A stretch of 64,000 nt of DNA from Nitrososphaerota archaeon (GCA_041641305.1 JBEPYN010000002.1:64001-128000); one strand, 5' to 3'; numbered from the stretch's first letter, positions 29,662 through 39,432 are shown. Numbers and translations: made by a program. The notes: generated by a model not told the origin, from the letters alone.

Positions 29662-30516
29662 GTGCAATGTATATCTCTATTAGCAACCCAGGGGCCGCTC
29701 TTGGTAGATGCAAACCCATGCATCCTATTGCTGGATGAGCGCGTGGTCTACGACTATAGGGTATCAAGTTTGATTAGTTTCTTGCAGGATAGTACTGCCT
29801 TCGGCCGTGAAGTCTTTTGCCTTTATCTCAATAGCAGGCCCGTCGACTTGCTAGGTAGCCAGCCACCATCCCTAGGCGGCAGAATCAAGGTTTTGAAAAG
29901 AATGATTGTTAATCCTGTTGAACCGGCGGAGAATCGAAGCTCGCTTAAGGAGGCCTTGCTCAGCTTTTTTGCGGCGGTAGGGATTAGGAGCGGGGTTAGA
30001 CTCGGCGTCTGGATATGCGCTATGTCGCCAAACCTTTACCAGTACCCATTGGAGGCCTTCTATTGGGCCCTCTACCTCGTCGGTTATGAGATAGCGTTTG
30101 TTAGGAGGCTGCTATTATCGGAGGATGAAGCATATGAGGTCCCCCACACGCTAAGCTTCTCCGCACGCTTCGCAAATGAAAAGGTGCGGGAGCTTCTGCT
30201 GATGGCTCTAGCTTATCTAAGCGTTTTCAGTAGTGGTAGAATCCACTCAATAGCTAAAAAGATAGAAGAAGTAATTCCGGGCAGGTACGGTGACTCTGAT
30301 ACGATACGCAAGGCTTTGAAGCCGACTCTTGAGGACGCCTATATGTACTCTCTGGTAGAAAAGCTCAAGCCCCGCATCAAATCTATTGAGTTCAGTTTAA
30401 CGCGATTCGGGAGGATAGTTACAGACGCAATTCTGGACAGGGACATACTCGACCACTTACCCAACGATGACGTACGTGGCTTCGTGAACCTGATTGCTGA
30501 GGAGGCTCGCGGATGA
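29662..30516 (+). CDS. Hypothetical protein: Rossmann-like N-terminus + C-terminal wHTH (possibly Csa3/CARF-like)
   Basis: C-terminal GRIHSIAKKI...TIRKALKPTL...SLVEK...FSLTRFGRIV; start probably ~29701. Confidence 0.5.
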   Translation: MQCISLLATQGPLLVDANPCILLLDERVVYDYRVSSLISFLQDSTAFGREVFCLYLNSRPVDLLGSQPPSLGGRIKVLKRMIVNPVEPAENRSSLKEALLSFFAAVGIRSGVRLGVWICAMSPNLYQYPLEAFYWALYLVGYEIAFVRRLLLSEDEAYEVPHTLSFSARFANEKVRELLLMALAYLSVFSSGRIHSIAKKIEEVIPGRYGDSDTIRKALKPTLEDAYMYSLVEKLKPRIKSIEFSLTRFGRIVTDAILDRDILDHLPNDDVRGFVNLIAEEARG

Positions 30517-31844
30517 GAGGGTTGGTAAAAATTTGCATCGAAAACTGCATACCAAGGGAGAGGGGGTGGTTTGTTGAGGTTAGGTGGGGGGAGATAGCCT
30601 ACCTCGGCCCGAAGAGTGATGAGGAATACATGGTAGCTGTTGAGGCATGCGGTGAAGTTGGTGGGACAGAAACGCGCGACTCGTTTGTCCTCGACGACCC
30701 GGTGATGAGAAATTCTTTCATAACCCTGCTCAGGACAAAGAAAATCAAGGTTCACTCCTTGGAAGATCATGCCATCTCTCTAGAGCGATACATTGAGGCG
30801 GCATACGAGTCGATAAAGCAGCAGCTCCCGCGGCTGCATTCCGAGTACCCGCGGGGGCCGCTCGAGGTGCTTGACACGCAGACAAGGAGGTGGAAAATAC
30901 TTGAGGACGCCTGCGATGCGCGGTATAAACCGTTCTCAGTTCTCCGTGGAGGAGGCGCTTTTTATGTCTCCTATGGCGGCGCTTTTAAGAAGGTTGGCAA
31001 GCGCGAGGCGTACATAGTAGCGCTTAGGGAATACACCATGAAAAGCGTGAGGCTAGCCCTATCAGATGGGGGGTACTTTGGGGTGAACCTGTCTGAGCTG
31101 GGGCAATTGCCAGATGAGGTGTTCAACGCCCTCGTTAGGTTCCAGCAAAAACTTATCAAGGGCGCCGCCATCCTGCTATACCGCACCCCCGCCCTATCGG
31201 CGGTATGCAGGGTGCTCGCCATAGCCAGGGTGACCCCTATCCTCACAGAGGGGGTCGTCAGGTTGCGCCGTATGCATGGGTACAAGGAGGTTCCGATAAT
31301 GGGCACCAAGCTTTGGGCAAACCTAAGCATCATATCCAGGATATTTGAGGGCTTGGGGTATGGGGTTGAGTCGGGGGATAGATGCATTACGGTTGAGCGG
31401 GATGGCTACAGGCTGGCCATCTATGTTTCCAACGAGAAGCGGTTTATCGCCGGCGAGCTGGAGGACGGCTCCAAAGCCGTCTTTTTACCTGCTCCGTACC
31501 TGGAAAGCTTCTTAGGCCTATTGGAAGCGTTGAAGAATATGCGCACGTGGGGCTTCGCTCTGATAACTGGTGATGCGTGGCCCCGCGTTATGCAGTTATT
31601 ATGCATTCTATGCAACAGCGTTGGGCCGGGAGATGAAAAAGCTGTCGCTGAGGCATTAGTGCTTGCAAGGAAGGATGAGGGCGTTATGGACGCTATCAGG
31701 AGCAACATCAACATTAAAACCACAGCGTTGAATGCTTTAGAGTCGGCATTGGTTGGAAAAAGCAATACCGTCCTAGATAAGCTATCACAGGAAGAGCTGC
31801 GCAAGCTTTGGAGGCTGGTCAGAGCGGGCCCTAGCCCCCAATAA
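30513..31844 (+). CDS. Hypothetical protein (443 aa)
   Basis: Long ORF overlapping the upstream stop (ATGA); no motif recognised. Confidence 0.75.
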   Translation: MRGLVKICIENCIPRERGWFVEVRWGEIAYLGPKSDEEYMVAVEACGEVGGTETRDSFVLDDPVMRNSFITLLRTKKIKVHSLEDHAISLERYIEAAYESIKQQLPRLHSEYPRGPLEVLDTQTRRWKILEDACDARYKPFSVLRGGGAFYVSYGGAFKKVGKREAYIVALREYTMKSVRLALSDGGYFGVNLSELGQLPDEVFNALVRFQQKLIKGAAILLYRTPALSAVCRVLAIARVTPILTEGVVRLRRMHGYKEVPIMGTKLWANLSIISRIFEGLGYGVESGDRCITVERDGYRLAIYVSNEKRFIAGELEDGSKAVFLPAPYLESFLGLLEALKNMRTWGFALITGDAWPRVMQLLCILCNSVGPGDEKAVAEALVLARKDEGVMDAIRSNINIKTTALNALESALVGKSNTVLDKLSQEELRKLWRLVRAGPSPQ

Positions 31845-32496
31845 TGTTGAAATATTTGCAGATTTTCCTGGCAGGGCACTTTGAGCATTCGGGGTGATGG
31901 TGCTTACATACCAAGGAGCCGAAATCTAGAAGGGCGTAGTTGAGCGCGCGAGGGTTCATGCCCCTAGTCCTTAGCGCCTCCTTTAATCCAGCCAGCTCGT
32001 TACGGCCCAGCTTTTCACGGCCTAGCAAGACGCGCGCGAGGACCCTCGACACGTTTGTGTCCACCGCTATAAGCCTCTTGCTGTAAACGTGCACCAGCAC
32101 TGCTGTCGATATGTAGTCGCCCACTCCGGGCAGATGGGCTAGCGTGCTTTCGCCCACTTCCCCCCTGCACAGCGCGCTGGCTATGCGCAGCAGCTCCGCA
32201 GCCCTAAACCTGTAGAAGCCTAGAGGTTTTAGGACAGCCTCCAGCTCCTCTGGACCCGCTTTCTCAAGCAAGCACGGGTTAGGCCACCTTCTCATTATTT
32301 CGGTGTATGCGCCCGCCGCCTGCTCCGCCCTCGTCTGCTGGAGGAGCTTCTCTGCCACTATTATCTCATACAGCCCTGAAGCCTCGCGCCAAGGGAAGCT
32401 TCGGCCGTTCTTCTGATACCACGTCATCACTGCGTTCGATAGTCTGATGAACCTGCGGCGAAGCTCTGTTACGGCTGCCTTTTTCAACTTGTTCAT
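31831..32496 (-). CDS. HhH-GPD DNA glycosylase with 4Fe-4S motif (MIG/MutY-like, candidate T:G mismatch glycosylase)
   Basis: WY..NGRSFPWR, AEKLLQQT, LPGVGDY, VDTNVSRV, CKHHHPECSKCPARKIC; no MutY C-terminal domain. Confidence 0.85.
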   Translation of the reverse strand: MNKLKKAAVTELRRRFIRLSNAVMTWYQKNGRSFPWREASGLYEIIVAEKLLQQTRAEQAAGAYTEIMRRWPNPCLLEKAGPEELEAVLKPLGFYRFRAAELLRIASALCRGEVGESTLAHLPGVGDYISTAVLVHVYSKRLIAVDTNVSRVLARVLLGREKLGRNELAGLKEALRTRGMNPRALNYALLDFGSLVCKHHHPECSKCPARKICKYFNIIGG

Positions 32497-32500
32497 AAAC

Positions 32501-33547
32501 CTACAACGCTGGCTGGTTATAGTTGCCTGTTATCTCCCACTTTACGGATCCAGCGCCGCCGGCGAGTCTCGGCCTCCACCTAGCTCTGAGAAACATAAAC
32601 CCTCCAGCACTGCTCTCACTAATCTTAGCAGCTTTCAATGACTTTGCAACGGCCAAAGCAACAGGCGGCGGGACGGCGTTTCCGACGAGTCTATATTTAG
32701 CCTTTATTCCCCCTAAGAAGCTCCACCATTGCGGGAAGCCTTGTAACGCTGCGCACTCAAACCAACTGAAGCGCCTGTAGTGCGATAGGGGCGCTGTCGG
32801 GGCCCATCTTCCACCCCTTTTCTCCAGCGGGGGCGAGTCCGGGTGGAGCGGAACGTGTCTGCAGCTGGCTGGGATAACCCAGCTGACATCGTCCCAACAG
32901 CGCCTCCTGTTTCGACTCCAGTACACGGGGCTAAAGGACTCAAAGCAGACATCGTCACCCTCTGGTGGAGGCATGCCCTTCAGCGCCTGGCCAATAGTGA
33001 CGTAGCTCCTCCCAGCCAGAGGTCCGTGGGTAGGCGTAGGGACCTCGTATTTTACGTCTAGAGATTTTTTGAAGCCGATGAAGAATATTCGTGTCCTGCT
33101 CTGCGCTACACCGAAATCCTTTGAGTTAAGGGCGAAGTAGGCAACGTTGTAGCCGGCGGACTCGGCTAGCCTTAGAAACCTTCTGAGGTATACCCCCCGA
33201 TACATCGTAGCAAGCCCTCTAACATTTTCCATCACAAACCCGTAGGCATCGCATTCCTTCACGACTTTTATGAAGCGGCGGAACAGCGTGAATGGTTTGC
33301 GGTGCTCTATGCTGCCCCTGTAGTTGCTCACGCCCTGGCACGGCGGGCCTCCTATAACGAGGTCGGCTTCTTGAAACTCTTCCTGCATGACGTCTACGCA
33401 TTTCGCCTCAATCCCCATGCTCTCCGAGTAAGTTAGGCATGCCCACCTATCGGAGTCGGCCGCCCGCAGTATCGAGAAGCCGGCCCTGGCAAATCCGTAG
33501 TCGAGTCCACCAGCCCCGCAGAAAAGGGATACAACACTACTAATCAC
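32501..33547 (-). CDS. DNA cytosine-5 methyltransferase (DrmMII-like position)
   Basis: FCGAGG, GGPPCQ, ENV, QSRTR, GNAVPP; TRD SRNRR..W...HVPLHP. Confidence 0.95.
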   Translation of the reverse strand: MISSVVSLFCGAGGLDYGFARAGFSILRAADSDRWACLTYSESMGIEAKCVDVMQEEFQEADLVIGGPPCQGVSNYRGSIEHRKPFTLFRRFIKVVKECDAYGFVMENVRGLATMYRGVYLRRFLRLAESAGYNVAYFALNSKDFGVAQSRTRIFFIGFKKSLDVKYEVPTPTHGPLAGRSYVTIGQALKGMPPPEGDDVCFESFSPVYWSRNRRRCWDDVSWVIPASCRHVPLHPDSPPLEKRGGRWAPTAPLSHYRRFSWFECAALQGFPQWWSFLGGIKAKYRLVGNAVPPPVALAVAKSLKAAKISESSAGGFMFLRARWRPRLAGGAGSVKWEITGNYNQPAL

Positions 33548-33631
33548 AACCTTTTTCTTGTAATCTCAGGTATAAAAGAATATCATGAACGACGCGTTGT
33601 CTGTCGTGTCTGCGCTTATTCCCTTATATGC

Positions 33632-33895
33632 ATGGCGCCTTCTGAGGAAGGAGATGTGTTTCTGAGGCGTGTTCGTCTGACAAGCGATGTCCACAGGCTG
33701 GTGGGAAGATACGAGGCGTGCTCCGCCAACTGGCAGGTCTACGTCTTGGTGAAGGAGGACTCTGTTTTGGAGCATCCGGAGCACAGGGCGCTCACTATTC
33801 CGCCCGGCGACTACATATTGTCACGTGTAAGTGAGTTGGATAGGGAGCGGTTTATCAACAACTCGGAGAGGTACACGCGGGCTGTTTCTGATTGA
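33632..33895 (+). CDS. Small HxEH protein (usual partner of DUF6745-type proteins)
   Basis: EGDVFL...LEHPEHRALTIPPGDY..RVSE...RAVSD. Confidence 0.6.
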   Translation: MAPSEEGDVFLRRVRLTSDVHRLVGRYEACSANWQVYVLVKEDSVLEHPEHRALTIPPGDYILSRVSELDRERFINNSERYTRAVSD

Positions 33896-34776
33896 GCGTA
33901 GTTAAGCTTACCACTCGTCCCTGGTATGTTAGGCTGGCACCGGTTTATGTCTGGGCCTCAGCCTCTCTAGCTGTCGCGTTTTCCCTATACATCCTTCTGC
34001 CTCTACCCCTGGTGTTGTTGTTCAGCCCTATATGGGTTGCCGGCAGCGTGGCGGTAGGGTATGTGTTTACACGTCATCTACGGGAGCGGTTGTGTAAGTG
34101 GCTCTATCCCGCAGACCATCATGACTTCTCAACCATAAGGCCCAAGAGGCTTATTCTCGAGGATGGGCGGCTCATGGGCTTTACATGTTACAGGGTTGTA
34201 CGATGCGGTTGCTGCAAGAAGCGGTACAGGTTTATCCCGGTGGGGGAGGACCATTTGACCCGTCTGCTGAGAGAGTTTTTCTGGAGAAAAGGGAGGCGTT
34301 CTGACGACCTTTTCCGGTCCGATAAGGCGTTGCTTGCAGGCGAGCTGAAAGGCTATGGGATAAGGCTTGAGACCGAATACACGGCTTTTTTCCGCAGGTT
34401 CTACTCGCTGAAGTACGGCGGCTCCCATAAGGTGCTTACGTTTTACAGGCCTCCGAAGGAGCTGGAGAAGATGACGGGTATAAGGAGAGCCGTGTTACAG
34501 GTGCTGGATAAAGCCAGCGGAGGTGACGAGAACGGGGTAATCTACCTCCTAGCTGTCAAAATCAAGATAGACGACAGCCACTACACTATGTCGACACACC
34601 TCCTAAGAATCATGAAGAACGGCCATGTCTGGCTGAACCAGACTCCTCACATGCTCCCGCCAAGGCTGGACGACCACCTCGCGTGGATTATGGGGCTTAA
34701 CCCGGGTGAAAGGATGGAGGCTGACCGTGGCGAGGCTGTGTGGCGGCCTCCGAGAAGGATACGCGGCCAGGGCTAA
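33892..34776 (+). CDS. Membrane protein with Zn ribbon and divergent DUF6745-like C-terminus
   Basis: 2 N-terminal TMs, HHD...RCGCCKK, C-terminal LPPRLDDHLAWIMGL. Confidence 0.5.
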   Translation: MSVVKLTTRPWYVRLAPVYVWASASLAVAFSLYILLPLPLVLLFSPIWVAGSVAVGYVFTRHLRERLCKWLYPADHHDFSTIRPKRLILEDGRLMGFTCYRVVRCGCCKKRYRFIPVGEDHLTRLLREFFWRKGRRSDDLFRSDKALLAGELKGYGIRLETEYTAFFRRFYSLKYGGSHKVLTFYRPPKELEKMTGIRRAVLQVLDKASGGDENGVIYLLAVKIKIDDSHYTMSTHLLRIMKNGHVWLNQTPHMLPPRLDDHLAWIMGLNPGERMEADRGEAVWRPPRRIRGQG

Positions 34777-34850
34777 TACCCCTAGCAGTTGCACAGCAAC
34801 TCTCGCACTTTCGCGCCACTCTCTCAACTTATCAGAGACCCTGTGCTGAC

Positions 34851-35139
34851 ATGGTTATGGCTACGTATAGGGAGAGGCTTGAGCAGGAGCTTGAAGGCTG
34901 GAAAAAGTTTAGGGAAGCATTACTAGCCGATGAGAGGGCCGCCTTCGACGACATGGTTAGTTGCTCGCTTAAGTATGCTGGTGGCTCAGAGGCTTACAGG
35001 GAGAGGAGAACCTTCGACCTGCTAGTCATGTCGTCACGGATATCGCATGAGGAGGGGATTGAGGAAGTTGGATGAAGGGTTGAGAACGAGGATGCGGCTC
35101 GACAGCCGGATTGACGAAAGTTTGTTGAGCAGGAACTAA
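34851..35139 (+). pseudogene. Small helical protein resembling the PolB2-associated (arCOG07300-type) family, 3' frameshift
   Basis: TYRERLEQELEGWKKFREALLADERAAFDDM; tail continues in another frame. Confidence 0.55.
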
Positions 35140-35168
35140 AGAACGAGTTAATGAGCAGGACAGATGAA

Positions 35169-36086
35169 CTATGTTATTGCTGCGGATAGCGTTTCTTTTA
35201 GTTCTTCTAGGTTCTGGTATTTTTTGTTGGGTATGTGTTTTAGTGCTTCCGCTACTCGCATCCTCTTTGTTGGTTTGTGGTCGAATAGTTTCCATCCCTG
35301 CTTAGCTATTATTTCGTCCTTGGTTGCTGGGAATGTGGTGTCCTCTGCTAGGACTTCCACGAGAGACTCCAGACCAATCTTCCCAGTCACAGGCGGCATA
35401 GTCCCAGTCATCCTGTATGCCTTGAGCCTGGCGGCGTCCACATACATCTTGAGCCCGTGGAACGACAGCATAACCCTCTTGGAGGGGGCTTTCTCAGCCT
35501 TTGAATTTATTTCTATAAGCTCTTGGTCGTCGAACTGGTATATGTTATTTCTTCCCCTGCCGAAGAGCCTTGTGTAGGTGAGTTCGGGGTCATAGTACCT
35601 AGGCTCCACCCTCGACAGGTCTGCTACATGTATTATCCCCATGTCCCGCATCTCCCTGTAGCAGGAATCATCGACAAGGCCCCTAACCTCAACACCAACC
35701 CTAACACCCCTCGAATCGACTGAGGAGAAGAACCTTGTGACCCTTTCCGCATCGAGCCTAACGCTTCGGGGAACTTCTAGGATGAGTAAAGGGGCGTTTA
35801 GTATACGGCATATCCCAACCATTTTCTCAAATGCTTTGTAGGCCTCCTCAACGGGCCTAAGACCATGCACATGGGTGACAACCCTGCTACACTTAACTGT
35901 GAATATGAAGTTCTCCGGAGCCCTCTTTCTCCAATTGTGGCAGAGGCTGGCGGGAACATCCCTGTAGAATGTCGTATTCACCTCCACAAAGTCGAAAGCC
36001 CTAGAGTACTCCCTAAGCCTATCCCACGCAGGTATGTTGAAGTACATCCAGCCACCGGTTCCTATCAGGACCTCGCCAGCCATCAA
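35169..36086 (-). CDS. DUF72 family protein
   Basis: IGTGGW, FDFVEVNTTFY, FTVKCSRVVTH, VEVR, YTRLFG. Confidence 0.9.
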   Translation of the reverse strand: MMAGEVLIGTGGWMYFNIPAWDRLREYSRAFDFVEVNTTFYRDVPASLCHNWRKRAPENFIFTVKCSRVVTHVHGLRPVEEAYKAFEKMVGICRILNAPLLILEVPRSVRLDAERVTRFFSSVDSRGVRVGVEVRGLVDDSCYREMRDMGIIHVADLSRVEPRYYDPELTYTRLFGRGRNNIYQFDDQELIEINSKAEKAPSKRVMLSFHGLKMYVDAARLKAYRMTGTMPPVTGKIGLESLVEVLAEDTTFPATKDEIIAKQGWKLFDHKPTKRMRVAEALKHIPNKKYQNLEELKETLSAAIT

Positions 36087-36127
36087 AGAGGATTCTTAAA
36101 TCCCCGCTCATAACCATTGACCATGGT

Positions 36128-37294
36128 TTGTCAACCATACTACTTGGTACTTCTGGGTGGAGCTATGATGAGTGGGTTGGACCTATATACCGTAGCAGGG
36201 ATGAGCCAAGGCTTAGAAGGTACAGCATGTTCTTCGAGACAGCAGAGATAGACTCCACCTTCTACTCATACCCAAGAAAAGAGGTTATCACGTCTATGAT
36301 TAGGAATGTTTCCAGCGGTTTCATCTTCACGGCCAAGGCCCCACAGGAGGTTACACACAAGAGGGCCTTGGATGTCAAGGCCGAGGCACATGAGGCGATG
36401 GACAGGTTCCTAGACCTTATGAAGCCCATGAGAGACTCGGGGATGCTTGGATGCATCCTCCTACAGCTACCTCCAAGCATGCGTCTCAACTTGGACAGGC
36501 TGGAAAGCTTCCTCCAAGAGATAGACATGGAATTCAGGTATGCCGTCGAGTTCAGACATCCAAGCTGGATAAGGGATGAAGTTTTCCGAACCTTGAGCAA
36601 GTATGATGTAGCCTATACTGTGGTCGATGAGTCGCTTCTACCCCCTGTTGTTGAGGTTACGGCTGATTTCGCATACGTCAGGTGGCATGGGAGAGGCTCA
36701 GACCCATGGTACAACTACCTATACAGCGACAGCGAGCTCACGCCATGGATACCCAGAATAAGGAAACTGTCGGAAAAAGCCAAGACGGTATACGGTTATT
36801 TCAACAACCACTTCCACGGATACGCGGTATACAACTGCATCAGAGTGATGGAGATGCTGGGAATAGCCGAAGAAAAACACACAAAACTCAAAACACAGAT
36901 AGAAAACTACTTCACACTAGCAGGAATATCCCCTGAAATGAACAGGGAACCGGACGAGGTTGAACACCTCCTAACAACCCTCTCAGACCAAAAAAGAATA
37001 ACAAGAGCACATCAAATAAACGACCAAGACGTGAAGATAACTAGGTTAGATGATGATGTGGTAGAGGCCATTGTCAAGGAATACCCCGTACAAATAGACA
37101 TACAGGGAAAAACTATTAGACACAACTGCCCAGACTGGCACAAAACATCAGAAGAAAGAAAACTATGCAAACACATAAACAAACTCCTCCTCACGATACC
37201 AAAAGAAAAAACAAAAACAATACTACAAAACATCACACAAACACCACACAAATGGAACCTAGAAAATCCACAACAGAACCAAACGGAACGGTAA
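36128..37294 (+). CDS. DUF72 family protein with C-terminal SWIM-like Zn finger
   Basis: GTSGWSY, EIDSTFY, LLQLPPS, VEFRHPSW, YVRWHG, YFNNH; HNCPDW...CKH. Confidence 0.9.
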   Translation: MSTILLGTSGWSYDEWVGPIYRSRDEPRLRRYSMFFETAEIDSTFYSYPRKEVITSMIRNVSSGFIFTAKAPQEVTHKRALDVKAEAHEAMDRFLDLMKPMRDSGMLGCILLQLPPSMRLNLDRLESFLQEIDMEFRYAVEFRHPSWIRDEVFRTLSKYDVAYTVVDESLLPPVVEVTADFAYVRWHGRGSDPWYNYLYSDSELTPWIPRIRKLSEKAKTVYGYFNNHFHGYAVYNCIRVMEMLGIAEEKHTKLKTQIENYFTLAGISPEMNREPDEVEHLLTTLSDQKRITRAHQINDQDVKITRLDDDVVEAIVKEYPVQIDIQGKTIRHNCPDWHKTSEERKLCKHINKLLLTIPKEKTKTILQNITQTPHKWNLENPQQNQTER

Positions 37295-37374
37295 AAAAGC
37301 TAAAGTTATCGGAATTAAGCTAAAAAGTAGCCCGACCAAAAAGGCTAAAGTCGGCCTTTAAAAATACAAAGGTA

Positions 37375-39098
37375 ATGTGGCGTCCTCTCCATCTGGGAGT
37401 GGTTGTGTTATTTATGCTGAGCTTTTTCCCTCCCACAACTGCTCAACAAATTGATGAAAGGGGGTTTTCTACGTTAGAGTCATTATTTTCAGTAGCTCGG
37501 ATTGGACATCGGTTACCCTGCTCGGTGAAGAAAAGCTTGTGAATGTTAGACACAGACTTATTGAGGGTGATGCCCCCGTCGACGTAGCTTGGGAGGGCAA
37601 GTGGTTTGGTGTGAGTAGATGTTGCTACCCGGAGAAGGTTATAAACGCTACGGTTGAATTCCAGCTCCTAATAACCAACCTAAACCCTGATGGTGTTATC
37701 AGGATGCAGATGCAGAAAGGAGACGTAGGCACTACCATAATCGCAATATATGACAGAGAGGGGAGGACGATTAAGCAGATAACTCATAGCGGGATTGTCC
37801 CAGGCTCTGGAGGGAGAAATCAGCTGAACTTTACAATAGACTCTGCGAGCGTAGCTTCCTCAGGCATGGTTACTATGCTTGGAAAGAGTGGCTACGATAA
37901 AATGGTTTGGGCCGCTTATTACCCATGGTATTTCAAAGAAAGTTGGAGGGATGCTAAGATGGCGGATAGGCCTCTGATAGGTGAGTATGCATCTGATGAT
38001 GAGAATGTGATCAGGTTGCATATACGCATGGCCAAGGCAGCTGGTATAGATGGTTTCGCGGTCTCTTGATGGGGTCCTAACACCTTCACCGACAAAAATC
38101 TGATAAAAATCCTCAAGATCGCGGCTGAGGAGGGCTTCCATGTTGCGGCGTATCTAGAGTCGCTGGGAGGTCGGGGAGAACCAAGACCATTAGCCGAGCT
38201 TGAGAGCATGTTGGAGTATCTGCTCACATTTTACGGCGGCTATTCAGCATACTACAAGCTCCATGGAAAGCCTCTGGTGTTTGTTTGGGCGGCATGGTCC
38301 CATGAACTGGAAGAATGGGGTACAATATTTGAAAACCTCAAAGAAAAAGGAATAAGAGCTATTTACATCGCAACCACTCTAGACACAAAGTATCTTTCGT
38401 CCTTTGATGGTTTACAAAATTATGGCGGCGACGAATTGGATAGGATTACGCAGGTGTATGGTAAAGTAGGGCCTATTGTTAAAACTTATCACATCTTATA
38501 CGGTGGTGTGGAGAAGATATGGGTACCGTCGGTCTGGCCAGGTTATGATGAGCGTCTCCTACCTGACCGTATGGGGCTTTTCTTTGATAGGGAAGAGGGA
38601 CAATATTATCTAGGGTTCTATTCTGCAGCTAGAGCTAGCTATCCAGACTGGATATGGATAACTAGCTTCAACGAGTGGTGGGAGAATACACACATAGAGC
38701 CGAGTCACAAGTATGGCTACAAGTATCTCTTCCTAACAGAATACATAGTAGCCAACTTTAAAAACAAACCCATCAAGCCCGATAAACTACTAGGTATAGT
38801 TATCGATTTAGAAAGCCCATTGAGGACTATAACTAAGTTAGCTGTTTCAACCATTACCGTTACCCAGCAACTGGAGACAACAAGATTCATACATAGTGTA
38901 GAAACTAGGACAGTGGAGGTTTTCAGAACCGTAACCACGGTCTCCACCCTTCTGACGGAAAAAAGAACAGTAGAGATAGCCGATATCATATTGGTGACCG
39001 CACCACTGCTGCTTGTCGCCACGCTGTCTACTGTCTACGCAATTAGAACTAGGAGAAAACATGCCTCTCTACACCGGAGAGAAACAAGGATCAAATAA
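37375..39098 (+). pseudogene. GH99/GH71-like glycoside hydrolase, membrane-anchored; G5 frameshift and in-frame TGA
   Basis: Signal peptide at 37375; YYPWY, AGIDGFAVS*WGP, PGYDE, ITSFNEWWENTHIEP; Thr-rich stalk + TM. Confidence 0.8.
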
Positions 39099-39432
39099 AC
39101 ACCAAGCAACCACCATACTCCTCCCCTAACTGGAAACGGAGGAATATATCACTCACAGTATTGGATTTTAGCTCTTAAGGGGAAAGATTTTATGATTCGA
39201 TAAATGAAGCAATGTAACAGTTGTTTTCCTCATTTTCCTGGGATGAGTGGAGATCCGACAAAATTTACACCCATAATAATAACAAAGAAAACGTCATAGA
39301 TACCTATGAAGATAGCCCTAATCAACAACCTGAGACTAAAGATCGTGGGGAGGGGGGAGTAATGCATTGTTGACGGCGCCAGGCACACAATAGCCAAAAA
39401 CTTATTAAGCCTCTTATAAAAGTATCAAAAAA

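Noticed and set aside
29567-29767. N-terminal 67 codons of the 1001-aa helicase ORF call
   Set aside because: Overlap the divergent gene and its promoter; ATG at 29566 is the more plausible start.
37295-37360. Three GCTAAA repeats and a CCGAC/GTCGG hairpin
   Set aside because: Too short and irregularly spaced for CRISPR or iterons; probably terminator/promoter sequence.
38067-38069. In-frame TGA as possible selenocysteine or recoded Trp
   Set aside because: The position is a conserved Trp, TGA is a normal stop elsewhere in the window, and the gene has a second lesion.
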